From the NCBI RefSeq assembly GCF_046536515.1, contig NZ_JAWDMQ010000001.1, positions 20,659-84,658 on the forward strand: DNA of 64,000 nt, written 5' to 3'. The translations under genes were made by a program, and so were the position numbers. Positions within the stretch are counted from its first letter, which is position 1, and each line of letters opens with the position of its first letter. Positions 49,497-60,055 of the stretch are shown piece by piece. The notes beneath the pieces were generated by a model. That model was given only the letters and a program-made list of their open reading frames with translations. It was not told the origin of the DNA and made no database searches. The DNA is from Caldisphaera sp. GTDB taxonomy: Archaea > Thermoproteota > Thermoprotei_A > Sulfolobales > Acidilobaceae.

Positions 49497-50343
49497 TTAA
49501 AATTAAAACGTCTTCTAAGCTTACTGGTTTAACTGAAATTTTGACTCCACCGTTTATGCTGGATTTGCTTATTAATTCTTTTGCTTCATCTGGGGTCACA
49601 TAAGAAATTTTTAAACCTCCTATACTTATTTCTCCTATACCTTCAATCCTAACTTTTCCTTTTAAAGGTTCAAGTAATTCATTTAAGCTACCAATTTTTA
49701 ATGCTTTTCCTTTATCTATTATAGCTATTTGATCACAAAGAGCTTGAGCTTCTTCCATATAATGTGTTGTTAATATGACGTTTCCTTTAAGTTGTCTTAT
49801 AGCACCCCATACCTCTAGCCTCGATATAGGATCTAATCCTACTGTAGGTTCATCTAAAAATATAACTTCAGCCTGTGAAGCCAATGCCATTGCAACAAAG
49901 ATCTTTCTTTTCATTCCCCCTGATAATTCATCAGTCGGAGTTTCCATAAAATCTCCTAGCCCTATTTCTTTTAAAGCTATTTCAGCCAAATTAAATGATT
50001 CCTTTATTGAAAAACCTCTCGCAGTTAAATACATAACCAAGTGCTCCAAAGGTGACGAAATTCCAGCCGGTTTGACTTCTTGCGGAATACTGCAAATGAT
50101 CTTTCTTAGCTTGTGTCTATCGTTAATAACATCATAACCCAAAATCATTGCCTTTCCTGATGTCTGCCTTAATTGAGTTGAAAGGATTTTAACAAGTGTT
50201 GTCTTTCCTGCTCCATTTCTGCCTATAATACAAGATATTCTAGAATTTAAGGTTAAATCAAGTTCGTTTAATGCTTTTATACCATTACTATAGATTTTAG
50301 TTAGCTTTTCTGTCTCTATTATATTACTCAACGTGTCCCCCAA
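49471..50343 (-). CDS. ABC exporter ATP-binding protein (DrrA-like)
   Basis: [27 protein letters not shown] and TTHYMEEA. Confidence 0.92.
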   Translation of the reverse strand: MGDTLSNIIETEKLTKIYSNGIKALNELDLTLNSRISCIIGRNGAGKTTLVKILSTQLRQTSGKAMILGYDVINDRHKLRKIICSIPQEVKPAGISSPLEHLVMYLTARGFSIKESFNLAEIALKEIGLGDFMETPTDELSGGMKRKIFVAMALASQAEVIFLDEPTVGLDPISRLEVWGAIRQLKGNVILTTHYMEEAQALCDQIAIIDKGKALKIGSLNELLEPLKGKVRIEGIGEISIGGLKISYVTPDEAKELISKSSINGGVKISVKPVSLEDVLILSGVNIEES

Positions 50344-50421
50344 TCAATATTTATTCTGACAATATATATTTTTTAAGCAATATTAAATAAGTTTTTTACC
50401 ATTAAGTTGCAAAAATATAAA

Positions 50422-50731
50422 GCGTGCGGGGAGGGTTGAAGGGCTCGCCACCCTTTAATTCCGAAGGCGCAATGCGGGACCAGTAATCTTGTTAAGTTAC
50501 CAGACATGATAGGAGGTCCCCACAGCAAGATGAACTCCGCGCCGTGGAGTTTGCATAGGTTGGGGATCTGTCGGAGGACAGATACCTACAACCATAATCG
50601 GGAGAACCTGGCCAGGCCCGGAAGGGAGCAACCTGTGCCCGAATGCAAGCGTTCACGGTTTGCGGAGAAGATTTGCTATGGGGAGTAAAACCCCTATCAT
50701 ATCTGGTAACTTAACAAGAAGCCGCACATGC
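50422..50731 (+). ncRNA. ffs: Archaeal SRP (7S) RNA
   Basis: Helix-8 signature GCCAGGCCCGGAAGGGAGCAAC; long helix CTTGTTAAGTTACCAGA/TCTGGTAACTTAACAAG; terminal GCGTGCGG/CCGCAC(AT)GC helix; about 310 nt. Confidence 0.92.
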
Positions 50732-50809
50732 TAAATTTTAATTAATAATTATTTTATATTAAAAGTTATATTTAAAGCGAAAATAATCATTATTGCAAAA
50801 TATTTAAAT

Positions 50810-52282
50810 TTGAATTTATTAGCTATATATTTGAAAAACATAATTAGGCGAATAATTTTGCAGACAAACAAGAGATATTTATATATTGTATCTTTCATAA
50901 CATCTTTTGCTGCAATATTAACTCCGTTGGATAGCACTATTGTTAGCGTTTCATTACCAGTTATTTCGAAAGACCTAAATATGAGTTATGTCGAAACGAT
51001 TTGGGTTCCCTTGGGATATCTATTAGCTTTAACTGTTTTATTATTACCCCTAGGAAGGGTTTCCGATATAAAAGGAAGAAAAACTTTATTCACGAACGGA
51101 TATTTAATTTTTACTATAGGAACTATAATGAGTGGTTTATCATTTAATGGTATAGAGCTCGATTTTTGGAGAATAATACAAGGAATAGGGGCAGCATTTA
51201 TATTATCTGTTGGTGGAGCAATAATAACTGAAACTTATCCTGCTAACATGAGAGGAAGAGCATTTGGTATATGGTCTTTTTCAGTTTACTTAGGTACTAC
51301 TGTAGGTCCTGTTATTGGTGGACTAATAGTTAGCATAACAACGTGGAGATACATATTTTTTATTACAGTTCCAATATCTTTAATCGGTTATATTTTATCA
51401 ATAATTTATCTAAAAGAATCCAAAATAAGATCAAATGCTAAAATTGACTATAAAGGATCAATATTATTGATACTAGGATTGCTTAGCATCGTCTATGGCA
51501 TAACATACGGTTCCTTTATTGGGTGGAACTCCATTTCTATATTAATATCATTAATAGGACTGATACTTTTTAGTTTATTTATTGTTTATGAAAACCGAAA
51601 TAAGGAAACAGCAATATTAGATGTTGGATTATTGAAAAATAATATTATGTTCACTGCAGGCAATTTAGCAGCATTATTAAATTATACCGGCTATTTCTAC
51701 TTATCTTTCTTCATGTCTTTTTACATGCAAAGAATACTAAACTTTTCACCTTTTTTAACGAGCTTACCTTTAATATCATTATCTATATCTATGGTAATAG
51801 TTTCTCCTATAAGCGGTTGGCTATCAGACAAAATCGGATCAAGGTTATTGGCTACACTTGGAATGATACTAATTATGATTGGCTTGTTACTTTTAATACC
51901 ATTAGGAACTAAGGCAAGCCTTATAGATATATCATTGAGAATGATTACTATAGGAATAGGCATGGGTCTTTTCTCATCTCCAAATACAAATGCAGTAATG
52001 GGATCAGTAAGTAAAGATAAACTAGGAGTCGCCTCAGGAACATTAAATATGATGAGATTCTTAGGACAATCTCTAAGCCTTACTGTTGCAAGCTTAATAT
52101 TGTCTTCTTTTATATCACACAGCGTTCTATCTTCAATATTTACTGGATTAGAAACATCGAACTTTGAAATATCATCAGAATTGTTTTTAATAGGACTTAA
52201 GAGACTTTATTTAATATCATCTATAATTATAGGCATTGGTGCTATTCTTTCAGCATTAAGGAACAAAAAAGTATTTAAATAA
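50810..52282 (+). CDS. MFS DHA2 (EmrB/QacA) efflux transporter
   Basis: LDSTIVSVSLP, GRVSDIKGRK, RIIQGIG and GPVIGG; 14 TM. True start may be TTG near 50858. Confidence 0.88.
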   Translation: MNLLAIYLKNIIRRIILQTNKRYLYIVSFITSFAAILTPLDSTIVSVSLPVISKDLNMSYVETIWVPLGYLLALTVLLLPLGRVSDIKGRKTLFTNGYLIFTIGTIMSGLSFNGIELDFWRIIQGIGAAFILSVGGAIITETYPANMRGRAFGIWSFSVYLGTTVGPVIGGLIVSITTWRYIFFITVPISLIGYILSIIYLKESKIRSNAKIDYKGSILLILGLLSIVYGITYGSFIGWNSISILISLIGLILFSLFIVYENRNKETAILDVGLLKNNIMFTAGNLAALLNYTGYFYLSFFMSFYMQRILNFSPFLTSLPLISLSISMVIVSPISGWLSDKIGSRLLATLGMILIMIGLLLLIPLGTKASLIDISLRMITIGIGMGLFSSPNTNAVMGSVSKDKLGVASGTLNMMRFLGQSLSLTVASLILSSFISHSVLSSIFTGLETSNFEISSELFLIGLKRLYLISSIIIGIGAILSALRNKKVFK

Positions 52283-52325
52283 AATGCTTATATTTATAAA
52301 ACCCTCTTTGTAAAATGTAACTTGA

Positions 52326-52399
52326 GGGCCGGTAGCTCAGACTGGAAGAGCGCTCGGTTGGCATCCGAGAGGCCCCGGGTTCAAATCCCGGCCGGTCCA
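52326..52399 (+). tRNA. tRNA-Ala (anticodon GGC), CCA not encoded
   Basis: GGGCCGG/CCGGTCC acceptor with G3:U70 alanine identity pair; CTCGG-TTGGCAT-CCGAG anticodon arm; TTCAAAT T loop. Confidence 0.95.
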
Positions 52400-52488
52400 T
52401 TTGACCGGTCTGGCTTTTAGTATTTTTCCATAATAAATTTCTAAAAAAATATAAGCAAACACTATTATTATAACTATAAGGGGATCAT

Positions 52489-53298
52489 ATGTCAATAAAT
52501 AGCAATGTGAAAGCCTGGATTTTATCTGTGGGAAATGAACTATTAATAGGTAGAATAGTTAATACAAATGCATCTTGGATAGCTAAGCGGCTTACTTTTT
52601 TAGGAGTTACGGTAACTAGAATAATTACAGTACCAGATATAATAGATGATATTGTAGAAGAAATAGATAGAGGTTTGAAATATTCAAATATCATTATAAC
52701 AACCGGTGGACTAGGTCCAACCTACGATGACAAAACTCTTGAGGCAGTTGCTAAAGCTGTTAAAAGAAAGCTGGTCCTAAATAAAGATGCATTAAAAATG
52801 ATATCAGCAAAATTTTCAAAAGGTAATTTGCCTATGACAAAAGAAAGAGAAAAAATGGCGTATTTGCCTGAGGGCGCAATACCATTGAAAAACTCTGTAG
52901 GCACTGCACCAGGTTCATTCCTAGAATTAGATGGGAAAATTTTAATTTCTCTACCAGGAGTGCCTAAGGAGATGGAAGCCATATTCGAAGAAGAATTAAT
53001 TGAAAAAATCAAAAAGATAACTCCGCCTATATCTGTTGTTGAGTGTGGATTTAAAGTTGAGGGCGTACCTGAGTCCTCAATAGCTCCAATATTAGAGCAA
53101 ATAGATAAAAAATTTTCAAACTTATATATAAAAAGCCATCCCAAAGGAATAGAAGTGGGTGGCCCTATATTAGAAATAAAGGTACTTGCATCAGATAAAG
53201 AGGAAAATAAAGCAAGAGAAAAGGCGGAGAGTGCTTTAAAAATTGCAAAAGAACAAGCAGAGAAACTTAAAGGAAAAATATCTGAGGAGTATTGTTAA
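52489..53298 (+). CDS. cinA: CinA-like molybdopterin-binding-domain protein
   Basis: SVGNELLIGRIVNTNASW, TTGGLGPTYDDKT, GTAPG and LPGVPKEM. Confidence 0.8.
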   Translation: MSINSNVKAWILSVGNELLIGRIVNTNASWIAKRLTFLGVTVTRIITVPDIIDDIVEEIDRGLKYSNIIITTGGLGPTYDDKTLEAVAKAVKRKLVLNKDALKMISAKFSKGNLPMTKEREKMAYLPEGAIPLKNSVGTAPGSFLELDGKILISLPGVPKEMEAIFEEELIEKIKKITPPISVVECGFKVEGVPESSIAPILEQIDKKFSNLYIKSHPKGIEVGGPILEIKVLASDKEENKAREKAESALKIAKEQAEKLKGKISEEYC

Positions 53299-53467
53299 TC
53301 AGCAAATAATATTGACTTTTGTTATAGCACTCTTTGGGGTATCGCTAATTATTTTAAACAGATATTATGATAATAAAGCATTATTTTGGTTGGGAGTTTC
53401 TACGATGATAGCTTCCCCATATATATCATTTTACATAATTTATAAAATTTATAAAAATAAAATCTGA
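53243..53467 (+). CDS. Small two-TM membrane protein (start uncertain, probably downstream of 53243)
   Basis: Two hydrophobic helices filling the gap between genes. Confidence 0.5.
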   Translation: MQKNKQRNLKEKYLRSIVNQQIILTFVIALFGVSLIILNRYYDNKALFWLGVSTMIASPYISFYIIYKIYKNKI

Positions 53468-53525
53468 GCCAAATATTAACTTTAATTTTTAACTCTCCTT
53501 AATATAAATAAAAAGGGTAATAAAT

Positions 53526-53966
53526 ATGTCAGAGCAGATAAAATCAAGCAAAAGACCACCAAATTTAGAAGTTTCAGGTGATGAAGAACTAATAAGAAAA
53601 GTTGAAGATGCATTAAAAGAGGTCTATGACCCAGAAATTCCAGTTAACGTGTATGATTTAGGTTTAGTTTATCAAATAGAAGCAAAATATGTTGATAACA
53701 GGCCAAAGATAACCATTGTTATGACTTTAACAGCAATAGGCTGCCCAGTTACAGGTTCTATACTAGCATATGTTGAAGAGGCTATAAAGGACAGAATACC
53801 AGATGTTGATGATAATGTAGACATAGAGGTAACTTTTGAGCCTCCATGGAATCCTGATATGGTAAGCGAAGAAGGTAGAGAATTATTAAAAGAAGTATAT
53901 GGATATGATGTTGTTGAAGAATGGAAGAAAAATACTCAATATGCTCAACAAGCTAACCAATCATAG
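53526..53966 (+). CDS. DUF59/SufT-like Fe-S cluster assembly protein
   Basis: LKEVYDPEIPVNVYDLGLVY, MTLTAIGCP and FEPPWNPDM. Confidence 0.9.
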   Translation: MSEQIKSSKRPPNLEVSGDEELIRKVEDALKEVYDPEIPVNVYDLGLVYQIEAKYVDNRPKITIVMTLTAIGCPVTGSILAYVEEAIKDRIPDVDDNVDIEVTFEPPWNPDMVSEEGRELLKEVYGYDVVEEWKKNTQYAQQANQS

Positions 53967-54028
53967 TTGTTTTAATTATAAAAAGTAAAATAAACTATAC
54001 ATATAAAATTTTTTGACAATAAAAATTA

Positions 54029-54727
54029 TTGGGGCAAAGAATGTCTATTAAAAACAATTGGATTATTGGAATAGATGAGGCAGGTAGGGGTAGTCTTGTT
54101 GGAGAATTAATAGTAGGATCTTATGCTATAATGGAAAATAATTTGAATTTCCTTAAAGAGATTGGTGTTAAAGATAGTAAAATGTTAACTCCAAATCAAA
54201 GAGAGTTTCTTTATGAAATTTTAATAAAGAATGGAAAATTTTCTGTTATACCTATAAAACCTGTTGATTTAGACAAAAGCAACATAAACATTTTGGAGGA
54301 AAAGGCTGCTTTACAAAACATCTTAAATTTAAAAAAACAGATTGGAAATTTAAGCAATATAAGTTCAATAATAATAGATAAATTCGGGAACTTAAGGATA
54401 TTACACGTAAAATTAAAACAATTAGGATTTAAGGGGAATTTAATTGTTGAACCAAAGGCAGATGTTAACTACTTAGTTGTTTCTGCAGCAAGCATAATAG
54501 CAAAGGTAATTAGAGATAAAAGATTAGAGATTCTAAGAAAAATGTATGGAGTTAAAGGAAGCGGGTATCCTTCAGATCAAGAAACAGTTAATTATGTTCT
54601 TTCAGAATTGAAAAAAGGAAAGAAACCAGAATATATAAGGTACTCATGGGAAACGCTAAAAGGCACTGAATTCTATATTAAGAAAAGTAAAAGAACTTCA
54701 AAATCTCTGCAGGAATTTATGAAATAG
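54029..54727 (+). CDS. rnhB: Ribonuclease HII
   Basis: GIDEAGRG, GVKDSK, KAD...VSAASIIAKVIRD and GSGYPSD. Confidence 0.93.
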   Translation: MGQRMSIKNNWIIGIDEAGRGSLVGELIVGSYAIMENNLNFLKEIGVKDSKMLTPNQREFLYEILIKNGKFSVIPIKPVDLDKSNINILEEKAALQNILNLKKQIGNLSNISSIIIDKFGNLRILHVKLKQLGFKGNLIVEPKADVNYLVVSAASIIAKVIRDKRLEILRKMYGVKGSGYPSDQETVNYVLSELKKGKKPEYIRYSWETLKGTEFYIKKSKRTSKSLQEFMK

Positions 54728-54729
54728 AG

Positions 54730-55785
54730 GTGGATAAAACGAGCAAACAATCTATAGGCAATAGACCATTTGAAGCGCTTCTTAAATTTATGGATAACTA
54801 CGGTTATTCAAAAATAGGCTCAAGGGAATGGCTAGAACTTGATAGATTAACAAAAATTGGTTTTCAATACCTTGCCACAGAAACCCTGGTTAGGGAATAT
54901 TCATTTATAGAGGATGAAAGCTATCATGGAAAAGAAGTTTTTTCTCAAGAATGGAAAGGCACTAAAAAAATTGTTCTCTATTCAAATGGTCAAGAAAAGG
55001 CCGATGTAATTATAAGCAGAAAGGTTAATCCAAACATGAAGTCATTATCATGGAGGTCTCTTCTCGACTTTTTACCTCAACCTCCATTGCCATTATTTGT
55101 AATAGACCTGAGTATGAAGTTCATACATACACCAGAAGAATTGGCTAAGTTAAGACTTCAAATAGGTATAAGTTTATCGGTTTTAAGAGAATATTTATGG
55201 GATTCTCATCTGGCTATTACAGGAACTGATGAAGAAACAAGCAAGTGGATTTTAGAGGTTTTAGGTTATAACAAGGTATCAATATCAAACGCAAGGCCAA
55301 GTGAAATATTATGGGGATTCGATGCAGATAAGGTAATAATACTTAGACCTGATGCACCTAATGCATTAAAACCAGAAGATGTTTTAACTGCCGATGCTTT
55401 TCTTATAGGAGGAATTGTTGATAAAATTCCTAGACCTGGAATGAGCCGCATGCTCGATAGTCTAGTTCCTTGGGGAATTCCTAGAAGACTTGAATTAAAA
55501 GGTTCTGTTATTGGTGTACCTGAAAGAATTAACAGGATAATAGAAATTTTATTAAAATCAAGGTATTTATATAATGGTGATATAACCAAAGCAATAATTT
55601 CTACAATGACCAAAAAAGATAGGGTATCAAGGGCTTACAGAGAGATAATTAAGGATGCTAAAGATGAAGGTGGAGTCAAGTTTGTAACAAAAGAAGACTT
55701 TAATAAACTAAAAAGTTGGTTACCGCTGAATTACGATGAGTATTTAGAAGCTGCTAGAAGGGCTCACGTAGAAATTAGAGATTAA
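54730..55785 (+). CDS. trm10: tRNA (purine-9)-N1 methyltransferase Trm10 (SPOUT)
   Basis: LRPDAPNAL and AFLIGGIVDK; crenarchaeal N-terminal extension. Confidence 0.82.
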   Translation: MDKTSKQSIGNRPFEALLKFMDNYGYSKIGSREWLELDRLTKIGFQYLATETLVREYSFIEDESYHGKEVFSQEWKGTKKIVLYSNGQEKADVIISRKVNPNMKSLSWRSLLDFLPQPPLPLFVIDLSMKFIHTPEELAKLRLQIGISLSVLREYLWDSHLAITGTDEETSKWILEVLGYNKVSISNARPSEILWGFDADKVIILRPDAPNALKPEDVLTADAFLIGGIVDKIPRPGMSRMLDSLVPWGIPRRLELKGSVIGVPERINRIIEILLKSRYLYNGDITKAIISTMTKKDRVSRAYREIIKDAKDEGGVKFVTKEDFNKLKSWLPLNYDEYLEAARRAHVEIRD

Positions 55786-55856
55786 TTCTTATTATTAATA
55801 AAAACTTTCATATATAAATTTTTAATTATGAATTCAATATTATATAGGGAATTAAA

Positions 55857-56747
55857 TTGAGAAGTGTTGACTTAAATGAATTTAAGGTTTCTATAATAGG
55901 TTCCGATAGCCTCGGAGTCAGATCTTTAGCTACTTTTGTCAACGTTTGCGAAAAAAATATAGGAATAGATCTAGGTGCATCTTTGGCACCAAGAAGATTT
56001 GGCCTCCCACCTCATGAAATAGAAATAAAAAAATTAAATGAAACGCTAAAGCAAATAGAAGATCATATTAAAATATCAGATATTATAATAATTACTCATT
56101 ATCATTACGATCATTATATTAGAGACAAACCCTATCTCTATTATGGAAAAAGATTATTTATAAAAGATCCAAACAAAAATATTAATAGAAGCCAATCGTT
56201 TAGAGCTAAAATTTTCCTAAAAGAAAATAAAGTAGAAGAAAATGCAGAAATTAACATAGCTGATGGGAATTCATACAATATTGATAATGTTGTACTAGAA
56301 TTTTCAAAGGCATTGTGGCATGGTGAAGAGAAAACAAAAGTCGGAAAGCTTGTTATGTTAAGAATTATTTGCAACAATAAATCTATAATCTACGGAAGTG
56401 ATATTCAAGGTCCTGGTAATGAAGAGGCTTTGGAAAAGTTAATTGAATGGAAGGGAGCTGAATTATTAATATTAAGTGGCCCTCCAACATATTTTGCTGG
56501 ATATAAAGTTTCCCAAAAGTCTGTAGAGAAAGGGTTGGATAACTTGAAAAAAGTTATAGAAAATAAAGTTGCAAATAAAATTGTTGTAGATCACCATATA
56601 CTGAGAGATATTAATTATAAAGAAATATTAAAAGATCACTATAGGCTTGCTAAAGAAAATGGCGTTTCATTATTAACAGCTGCTGAATTTATGGGATATG
56701 AGATACAGCAATTGGAAGCAAGGAGGAAAGAACTTTGGGGAAAATAG
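55857..56747 (+). CDS. UPF0282-type MBL-fold metallo-hydrolase
   Basis: DSLGVRS, SLAPRRFGLPPH, ITHYHYDH and DHHILRD. Confidence 0.82.
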   Translation: MRSVDLNEFKVSIIGSDSLGVRSLATFVNVCEKNIGIDLGASLAPRRFGLPPHEIEIKKLNETLKQIEDHIKISDIIIITHYHYDHYIRDKPYLYYGKRLFIKDPNKNINRSQSFRAKIFLKENKVEENAEINIADGNSYNIDNVVLEFSKALWHGEEKTKVGKLVMLRIICNNKSIIYGSDIQGPGNEEALEKLIEWKGAELLILSGPPTYFAGYKVSQKSVEKGLDNLKKVIENKVANKIVVDHHILRDINYKEILKDHYRLAKENGVSLLTAAEFMGYEIQQLEARRKELWGK

Positions 56748-57388
56748 ATATATTATTCTTGGAAAGTTCATTAGAAATTGCTCCCAAAGAAATTAGCAAA
56801 AAATTTTATAAAAAAATTAAAAGAGATGATATAATTTTAGATATAAGCCTACATTACAAAAGCATGGTAAAATTAAAAGATTTTTTAAAAAGGGGAAGGC
56901 CAGATATAATACATCATTCCTTATTAAATATTTTAGAAAAGCCCTTTGTATTAAATGGGTATGTAGATGTTTACATGCATGTCTACGATAACAGGGTCTT
57001 CAAATTTAACAATAAAATAAGGATACCTAAAAATTACGATAGATTTAAGGGGTTGATGGCACAACTCTTAAAGTATAACAGTGTACCTCCTGATTCTGAA
57101 GACCCATTAATTTTTTTAGAGTCAAAGAGCTTAGAAGAATTTATTAAGAACAGAAAAATTTTGTTACTAAGTGAAGATGGAGAAGATTTCAGCATAAATG
57201 AGCTAATAAACTTTGCTTTAAAAGAAGGTTTAACAATAGGTATAGGCGCATTTGCTCATGGAGACTTCAGAGAAAATATTAGCAAAGCTGCTTATAAAAA
57301 GGTTAGATTATATAATGGATTAAAATTAAAAACATGGGATGTAACATGTTTAATATCATCAAAATTAATGGAAATGGTGAATTTTTAA
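56735..57388 (+). CDS. nep1: 16S rRNA pseudouridine N1-methyltransferase Nep1/Emg1
   Basis: LESSLE, RGRPDIIHHSLL, RIPKNYDRFKGLM and IGAFAHGDF. Confidence 0.9.
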   Translation: MGKIDILFLESSLEIAPKEISKKFYKKIKRDDIILDISLHYKSMVKLKDFLKRGRPDIIHHSLLNILEKPFVLNGYVDVYMHVYDNRVFKFNNKIRIPKNYDRFKGLMAQLLKYNSVPPDSEDPLIFLESKSLEEFIKNRKILLLSEDGEDFSINELINFALKEGLTIGIGAFAHGDFRENISKAAYKKVRLYNGLKLKTWDVTCLISSKLMEMVNF

Positions 57389-57434
57389 AGAAAATAAATT
57401 AACCTAAGAACAAATATTAATACGGGGACGCAAT

Positions 57435-58805
57435 ATGGCTAAGCTTTTCGGAACTGATGGTGTTAGAGGCATAATTGGCGATCTAATCACGCCAGAGTTT
57501 TCACTAAAAATGGGCCACGCTATTGGTGCATATTTTGGAAAAGGTTCAAGATTACTTATAGGTAGAGATGTTAGGCTTGGAGGGGATATGATATTAAGAT
57601 CATTAACCTCTGGTCTGTTAGCAGAGGGTATAAAAGTATATGATGCAGGTCTTTTACCTACACCGGCATTGCAATTTGGTATAAAATCTCTTGGCTTTGA
57701 TGGTGGAGTAATGATTACTGCAAGTCACAACCCACCAGAGTATAACGGAATAAAGGTTATTTCAGCAGATGGTATAGAAATCCCTCATGAAAACGAGGAT
57801 ATAATAGAAAACTATTACTTTAATAATTATTTATCTAAAATGGAATGGAGATCATATGATAATGAAGTTAAAACAAAAGAAAATATTATTGATATTTACA
57901 TAGATGCTGTATTAAGCCAAGTCGATGCAGAAAAAATCGCTAAAAAAGGCTTTAAAGTTGTCGTCGATTGTGCAAATAGCGTAGGTTCACTAACCGCTCC
58001 TTTATTATTAAGAAAGCTAGGAGTTAAGGCATATACAGTAAATTGTAATTTAGATCCATATTTTCCCGGAAGAAACCCGGAACCTAATGCCGATACCTTA
58101 AAAAATACTATGAGCTATATAACTTTAGTCGGAGCCGATGCCGGTTTCGCGCATGATGGCGATGCCGATAGAGCGATGATAATGGATAACAATGGAAGAA
58201 TTCAATGGGGGGATAGAACAGGTGCATTGCTGACCGAATTTTCAACAAAAATATGGAGAAACTATAACAAAAAAACATATACATCTATTTCTAGCAGCAA
58301 TTTAGTTGAAGAATATTTGAGGCCAAAGGGAATTGAAGTAAATTGGACACCTGTTGGAAGCGTCACAATCGCAAGAGAAATAACTAAAAGAAAAGATGCA
58401 ATAAGCGGGTTTGAAGACAACGGAGGATATATGCATGTACCCCACCACATTGTTAGAGATGGAGCAATGACGATTGCTTTAACTCTATACATGCTATCAG
58501 AAAATAATGAAAGCTTAGCAAGCCTTTACGATAAACTACCTCAATATTATCCTATTAAGACTAAAATAGTTGTAAACAAAGAGCAGGCTTTATGCGGAGT
58601 CGAGGCTGTCAAAGAAAAATATTCATCTTATAAAATTTTAACAATTGATGGAGTAAAAGTTTTTGGTGATGATTTTTGGCTATTAGTAAGACCAAGCGGT
58701 ACAGAACCTTTACTTAGAATATTTGGTGAAGCAAAAAGTCCAAAGAAAATAGAAGAAATAGTTAATGAAACTATAAGGCATATAAAAGAAAAGTGCATAA
58801 GGTGA
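57435..58805 (+). CDS. Phosphohexomutase (PGM/PMM/GlmM family)
   Basis: LFGTDGVRG, ITASHNPPEYNGIK, HDGDADR and VRPSGTEP. Confidence 0.92.
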   Translation: MAKLFGTDGVRGIIGDLITPEFSLKMGHAIGAYFGKGSRLLIGRDVRLGGDMILRSLTSGLLAEGIKVYDAGLLPTPALQFGIKSLGFDGGVMITASHNPPEYNGIKVISADGIEIPHENEDIIENYYFNNYLSKMEWRSYDNEVKTKENIIDIYIDAVLSQVDAEKIAKKGFKVVVDCANSVGSLTAPLLLRKLGVKAYTVNCNLDPYFPGRNPEPNADTLKNTMSYITLVGADAGFAHDGDADRAMIMDNNGRIQWGDRTGALLTEFSTKIWRNYNKKTYTSISSSNLVEEYLRPKGIEVNWTPVGSVTIAREITKRKDAISGFEDNGGYMHVPHHIVRDGAMTIALTLYMLSENNESLASLYDKLPQYYPIKTKIVVNKEQALCGVEAVKEKYSSYKILTIDGVKVFGDDFWLLVRPSGTEPLLRIFGEAKSPKKIEEIVNETIRHIKEKCIR

Positions 58806-58810
58806 AATAA

Positions 58811-59197
58811 ATGAGATATTATTTTTTTGAGTTATTAGCATGCCCAGAATGTAAAAGCGATAATTTGGAACTTTACGAACTTGATGTAAAAGAAGATAAA
58901 GTCAATTTAGATGCGGAGAGGATAAAGTGCAAAGAAAAATGTTCGTATCAAAGAAAGCCTGCAGGTGAAGTATCATTAGATGTTTGTAAAAAGTGCATAA
59001 ATCTTGATGTAATAGACGGCGTAATTATATGCAAGAACTGTGGAAGATGGTATCCGATTATAGATGGAATACCGAGAATGCTGAACGATAAATATAGAAA
59101 ATACCATGAAGACGTTGAATTCTTAAAGAAATATTTAAATAAGATCCCTTCTGATATTAAAAGTCTAATGAAAATACCGAATATAAATGAAAAATAA
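58811..59197 (+). CDS. trm112: Trm112 family methyltransferase activator
   Basis: ELLACPECK...GVIICKNCGRWYPIIDGIPRML. Confidence 0.85.
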   Translation: MRYYFFELLACPECKSDNLELYELDVKEDKVNLDAERIKCKEKCSYQRKPAGEVSLDVCKKCINLDVIDGVIICKNCGRWYPIIDGIPRMLNDKYRKYHEDVEFLKKYLNKIPSDIKSLMKIPNINEK

Positions 59198-59234
59198 AAG
59201 CTTTTGTAAAAATATAGAATAATTGGTGATGTAA

Positions 59235-59498
59235 ATGCCAGGCTTTAGCACATGGCTAACAATAGGATTTATAATAATAATGATAGGATTTATAATAATA
59301 TTTGTTGGAGCAATATATTCATCAAGTCAACAAAGCAATCAAAAAACTGAAGTAGGTGGTGTAATAATGATAGGCCCGATTCCAATTATTTTTGGAAATT
59401 CTTGGAAAGCTGCAACAATTGCAATAGCTTTAGCTATTGTACTTATGATAATAGCTATAGCTTTCATGTTAGTTGGAAAAGGGATTATTTTAAAATAA
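59235..59498 (+). CDS. DUF131 (TIGR00304-like) membrane protein
   Basis: EVGGVIMIGPIPIIFG signature. Confidence 0.85.
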   Translation: MPGFSTWLTIGFIIIMIGFIIIFVGAIYSSSQQSNQKTEVGGVIMIGPIPIIFGNSWKAATIAIALAIVLMIIAIAFMLVGKGIILK

Positions 59499-59587
59499 TT
59501 TATTATCAGTTAATAGCATATTAAAATACAAAATTAAAGGTATTAAACTTCCCCACTTAAAGCTTCTTATCAATATTATTAAAATTA

Positions 59588-59761
59588 CTAAGATAACCTT
59601 TTTTCAAACTCTTGTACCAATAAATCATATTTACTTTTTAATTCATCTAATCTCTTTCTGTATTCTTTTTCTAATTTTTCTTTACTTTCATTATATTTAT
59701 TTTCAAGCTCTTTAATGTATTCTTTTTCTAATTTTTCTTTACTTTCATTAATCAGTGACAT
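59588..59761 (-). CDS. Unannotated 57-aa charged coiled-coil protein with internal repeat
   Basis: GGTGG RBS then MSLINESKEKLEKEYIKELENKYNESKEKLEKEYRKRLDELKSKYDLLVQEFEKRLS*; exact 35-bp repeat at 59659-59693 and 59716-59750. Confidence 0.7.
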   Translation of the reverse strand: MSLINESKEKLEKEYIKELENKYNESKEKLEKEYRKRLDELKSKYDLLVQEFEKRLS

Positions 59762-60055
59762 CAAATACCACCTTAATCTTCTATCTAAGTATAGTAATAT
59801 ACGAAAATTTATGCTTTGCTTTATGCTATATTTAATTTACCAATTTAAATAATCTATCATTAAAATTTTTAACTTTTTAAGAATTTTAACTAAAACTAAA
59901 GTAGCATAGATAGAGAATGCAAGAACCTATAATAATAAACTATTTAATATAACAAGGTAAAATAAAAATATTATGTTCTAATTTAAACTAAGCTAATAAA
60001 ATCATCAAAAATGAATTAAAAATCAATTGTTTTAATCAGCAAAACCCTAATAAAA

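Noticed and set aside
50506-50688. 60-aa ORF and the nearby 50749..50937 ORF
   Set aside because: The first lies inside the SRP RNA; the second is antisense to the MFS start and AT-rich.
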